Part shown: positions 59,148 through 64,000 of the stretch, piece after piece
Position numbering within the stretch: the first letter of the stretch is position 1
How the letters are laid out: each line of letters opens with the position of its first letter
DNA from: Fistulifera solaris
Taxonomy: Eukaryota
DNA: 64,000 bases
Direction of reading: 5' to 3'
Assembly: GCA_030295235.1 (NCBI GenBank)
Contig: AP026162.1
Coordinates: 1,612,001 to 1,676,000, forward strand
Notes under the pieces: generated by a model
Seen by the model: only the letters and a program-made list of their open reading frames with translations
What the model was told of the DNA's origin: nothing
Database searches by the model: none
Program-made: the position numbers and the translations under genes

Positions 59148-62100
59148 CTATGTGGCAGTCTGATCCGCTGCCGTCATCCATTGCTGCAAGGAATTTTCGT
59201 TAATGCCCATCCTAGTTGCTGCCTCTCGTGTAATTGTGCTGATATCGTTGGAAGATTTCGGATCCTGCAACAGAACGCCTGCTGCTGCTAATAGTGTGAT
59301 CGCATTTTGAAAATGCTCATTGAGAAGGTCGTTCATGGTCTTCTTCAGATGTTTGGAGATCGGCTGCCGCTCCTCCTCTACAAGCGGCTCATTCTTTTCG
59401 GTCAAGAAATCTTCGAGAACTAATAGCACCGACTTCCAAATAGGAGAAATGCTCGAGCCGGAATCAATAACGTCTCGAACGTGATGCCTCAATGGTTTGA
59501 ATATTAGTCCAATACACAGTTCGAATTCAATCATCAATTCATCGGAACTTGATTTCGCACCATTTCCAAATTGGAGCCTTGTAATGCAACGCCCCGCCAG
59601 AGGCACACAAATGTCAGTCAAGACTCCGCATATTTCCGACAGGGGGACGAGTCCGACTTGTCGATCAAGAATTAAGTTCGTTAACATTGATAAAGCGTGT
59701 TGCCTTACATTCTATGATAGAGGAGAGAGAGTCAGTAAGTATGAAAAAGTAATTGAGCGAGCAGAGACATACTCACCGAATCAGACGATTTTTCGCACGT
59801 ATCGGCTAGGATTTCGACAACTTTCCGCCAGAAAGTGGCCAAAAACTGAGTGTTTTCGGGATTGTCCGTGGTTTCCACAGTTGCCATTTTCTTTTGTACA
59901 AAGTTGCAAAGGAGATCAAGAGTAGCGACACTCAGCTGAGTGTACCTTCGTTTTTCCCCAGTCCAAATAAGCGTTTCTAAGCTGCCAATGACAGACACGG
60001 GAACTTTATCGTCGAGCTCTTTGGTATTGAGGATCAAATGCGACGACCTGTAGCACTGAAGAGCTACGTCGTCTTCAGGGAGACCTGTCTCGCTAAGAGA
60101 AAGTGAAAGCCGTTTTAGCATAGACCCACGTGTAGCACACCAGTCAAAAAGGGCAATAACGCCTTCCCATCCATCATTCTTAAGGTTGACTAACTCCTCG
60201 ACTTGGGCTACGATACGCCACAATCCTTCGCCGATGTGCTTGTCGAGAGCACGGAGAGGAGAAGATGCGTGCTGTTCTTCGTTCACAGGGAGTAGATATT
60301 TCCAAGATGAAAGCACCTCATTAGCCAAATCGGCTCTTTTCACCGCATAAACACTTAACCTAATTAGACCAGTCACTCGTTTTTCAAGCCCTGGATCTAC
60401 CGGTATTTTGGTTGAGACTGATTCGCCGGTAGGACTGACCAAAATACTTGTCAATCTTCCTAAATAGTGGTCCTGCAAAGTATCTTTCCACAACTCTCCC
60501 AAACGATCTTTATTTTTCAGAGCGATTTCGCAAAGTATAACTTCAGCCAAAGCTTCAGATGCCGGGGAAACAGGCACGTTATGAAGCAGTGGAGCCAAAG
60601 TAGACATATTGCTTGATGTGTCACTAACAGAGCGCTCTAGTCGATCCCCTCTCTTGGGGATATCAGGCACATGATCATACGCCGTTTGCGATGGCTGTGC
60701 TACCATCGCCATCAAGGACTTCAAAAGAATTGTAATGCCCGCATAATCCATGAACCTGCTGTCGCTCACAAGCGATTCAAACGAACAACTTTGACGCAAT
60801 CTCTCTCGCACAAGTGACCTAGGCGACAATTGATATTGTCGGGTTTCGTCAACGCGTTCAAGGCCGGTTACCGGCATATTCAATTTCTGACTCATGTTTA
60901 AGCTTTCGCGAATCAGCAAATTTTGAAATGCAGCACCTGGCGTTGTTTGCGACAAGTCATCGCTTTGGGAAACCGGTTCTGTACATGAATCTGCTTCGGT
61001 GTCGCTCGCTCCACTATCATTCCATACCACAAGCTCATTTTTCCCGTGACTATCGATATGACGGGAGAACCCGATAGGATCAACGCCTGAGTAATCTTCT
61101 TCGTGCTTAGGATCGTCTGAGCCAAACAGTGCTCTACCAAATGCTCCTAAAACAGATCCATAAGACGTCCTGTTTTTCATCTTGCTTGCATTGGCATCAT
61201 ACTCCATGTCACCCTTTATGACGCGTATATTCCATTCCCTACGAGCTTCGTCTGTCAACAGGTCGGAGTCAGATTCATGAAACAAGCTCCCAACATTACT
61301 CGAGCTGCTTCGAGCTAACACTTTCAGATCTCTCAATTCAAACAATATAGCCCACACGTGCTTCCAGCACTCTTCGTCTAAGTCTTCTCCGGCTGAAACA
61401 GCAATTTTAAAAGCTACAATGATGGCACTTTGTTTTTCAATGGAGTTGGACAGCGCCCATGCTCGTTCAACTGCATTTTCTGTGTAGTCATTTATTAATC
61501 CTGTGTAGTAGCATACAGAAATGAAAGCCTTTCGAAAAATATCAAGCCTTCCAATCTGCCGAATTCCATTCAACATTTCCACAGACATGTCCATGGCCAA
61601 ACGGGCCCCTTGAATGCCCATCATTGCGCCATGTGCAGCATTCTGTGGAAACGACCTTCCATTGCTTCCACCAGACGACCTGCGGTTTTGTGTGATTGCG
61701 GTCGATCCGTCTCCATACGGTGACGCACCAGCACTCCATAGCCCACCGATGGCTGATAGAATAGGCTTCCACGCTTGCTCCAAGACCAGCTCGCTCAAAT
61801 CTTCCACATCGTGTCGACTGGGATGAAAACAGTCACTATCGGAGGTCACTTCATTTGATCGACGCAGCACATCTTTCCAGCGCTCCACGGTCATTGCCCC
61901 ATCTGCCCCCTCCCCTTCTGTTCGGATTTCTTCTTCTCTAATACTATCGTAGATACCAACCAGAAACTCACGAGGAAATTCCTTCCCTTCTTCTGTGATG
62001 TCGCGACCGTAGTCAGTATTATTCTTAACAAAGTCATCAACTGACATTTTCCTATCTTCCCGAATGTTCGTATTATGTTGATCGGTGTTAAGCATGATGA

Positions 62101-64000
62101 TGCTGAACGAGAGTAAGTATGCTGCATCGCTAGCCCGTTTAGGGTCTTCCGAAAAGAGGTTGAGTCTGCACGACTCTTCGCAGACCCTTCCGCATGAATC
62201 AGCGAAAGCCTGCAAGATGCGGTCGATTTGCTGAGCTTCGCCAGGAAGACGAAACGATGCCAGGAACATACGAAGTCCATCTAACAAACTCTGTCGCTCA
62301 AACTGAAACAGATTGCAGTAAGCTTGAAGAACCTCTCTGTGAAACCAATCACGCTCCCAAGTGGGAGGAGACTTTCCGGCAACAGGTGCCTTCCCAGCTT
62401 CACCCAAATATGCGCCAACAGCTTTTTTATCCAAACCCACAACAATCCCATCACGAAGAAATGAAGCAACACTAGCCGGAGTTATGGGATCTTTGACCAA
62501 GCCAGCGTCCAATAAAAACTCAATGCCCCTAGAAGCTTTCACGTTAAAAACTCGTGCCGCTTTTCTCAATAACCGCTTACGGCATTTAAGGTCGCGAAGG
62601 AAATGGCCGTCTTCCGTTTCGAAGTTAACTTCGAACCCTACCTGACGTGATAAAATGGAGCGCCTCCTTTTCGACCTTTCCATCATTGTTTGGTCAGATG
62701 CCTTGTCATCACGAAAGAGACACTTCATTGCGCCTTGGATTGCTTGAGCACATAACTCCTTTAAGTGGGCTGGCACATGCCTCCAAGGACGCTGACCCGG
62801 CTTCACAACTATTAACGTATCACCGTCAATACCAGCCTCTGCAGGCGTTGCGGAAGGAGTTGAGGTGTCCTCTTCGGTATATATTGCGCTAGAAGCAGGT
62901 GTCAACGCATCATCACCTTCCACGTCAGCCGAACCACCACAGCAGCGACAAAGCTCGACTATCAGACCCATAGCGACATCCGCTCGACGCATATGACAAT
63001 CATAGAATGAAAATATCGTTTCGAGTGCCCCACCATCTCCGTCCGCAATGGAATGTTGATGGTCGTGAAGACTGAAAAGATCAACCAAAGACTCGAGAAT
63101 GATTTCTACTTCGGCATCGAAAATCAAATTGGCATTGAAAGAAATAGAATCTTGTGGTTGTGGCCGCTTCCGCAGGAGAACAAGAGCACGCGTATAAAAT
63201 CCAGTAAAAATTGTTTCAAACTGAGCAACAAGGTGTTGTCTCAAAGGTAGGCATGTCCATAGAATACCCATCGTGGCGCATATTTCCGACAGCACTTCCA
63301 TGGAAACGAATCCGGGACTTATATTTGAGCTTTCGTCGTGATATGCCCATATTGCCTGTCCTGTCATCAGCAAGGATAGACACAAGTCGTCTTGGATAAT
63401 CTGAACCAAGGTGCGTTCATTCTCACTCGATTCTGTTGATGCCTCGTATGTCGTCCAGTCAACCGACTGCAAAGCCGTTCGAACCAATCTCAGACAAAGA
63501 ACACGGCTCGCGTCATGTACAATTTGCGCTTCTTGTATGGAGTCGTCGAGCGCATTACCCCCAACAAGAGGAGTGTTCAACAACTGGTTGACAAGGAACT
63601 CCATAATCGGCACGGAAGCTTTTTCGCGAAAAACCGTGTGAACTGTTTCCAACAGGACTTTCTCAAAGTGATAGCACAGCGCTGGTGAATGCACAAAAGT
63701 GTTTCGGGTTGACAAAATTGTCGTCAAAGCCTCTACCAGGTCTTTTCGATGCAAAGCGGTCACTTCAGTCCGTACCAGCAAACCCAAAACATCAGCGATC
63801 GCCATTTCCACGGCCTCGTCTGCACCTGGATCTGTCTGCTCAAATTTACAGTCCAGCACCGCTTTGGCAACTGCGGTGGGAGGAACTTGTAATGTCGCAA
63901 ATGCCGTAGGCAGCAGGCGTTGAATCGATTGCAAAGCGACTAGCGTATGAGGACCAGCTGCTCGGGGATCGACAACCACCTGAAGGAACGGGGCCGCAAG
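59148..64000 (-). CDS. Large Sec7-domain ARF guanine nucleotide exchange factor (GBF1/GNOM-like); 5' part outside the window; intron 59712-59776
   Basis: FEQTDP DCB motif, YDC HUS motif, FRLPGEAQQIDRI, IIMLNTDQHN. Confidence 0.92.

Overview
Gene-dense eukaryotic nuclear DNA, almost certainly from a diatom. Evidence: short GT-AG introns, bipartite plastid-targeting peptides with an A-F cleavage motif, and a mitochondrion-targeted PGK. A Fistulifera-like pennate is my inference from one lineage-expanded family. There are about 30 protein genes, mostly housekeeping: PIG-U, Notchless, PGK, MED8-like, LLP-like, Ku80, APEH, DapB, copine, CPSF3, COX15, DDAH, MED4-like, CTL transporter, myosin-Ank-FYVE and a Sec7 ARF-GEF. 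About 12 single-base frameshifts fall in homopolymer runs and are most likely assembly errors. The most unusual content is non-coding. Three different tandem arrays (360 bp, a 512 bp higher-order repeat of ~34 bp palindromic subunits, and ~230 bp) lie within 14 kb. They are linked by a shared set of small dispersed modules (module A TCATGACTGAAATNCAGTC, module B AATATCCGGGTA, a 19-bp-arm hairpin, and a CCAGA-N3-TCTGG core) that also occur as solo copies in other intergenic regions. Notable proteins: an HMA-domain protein with an exact Cuf1-type copper-sensing motif, a convergent pair of plastid-targeted paralogs, and an SF-assemblin-like protein.
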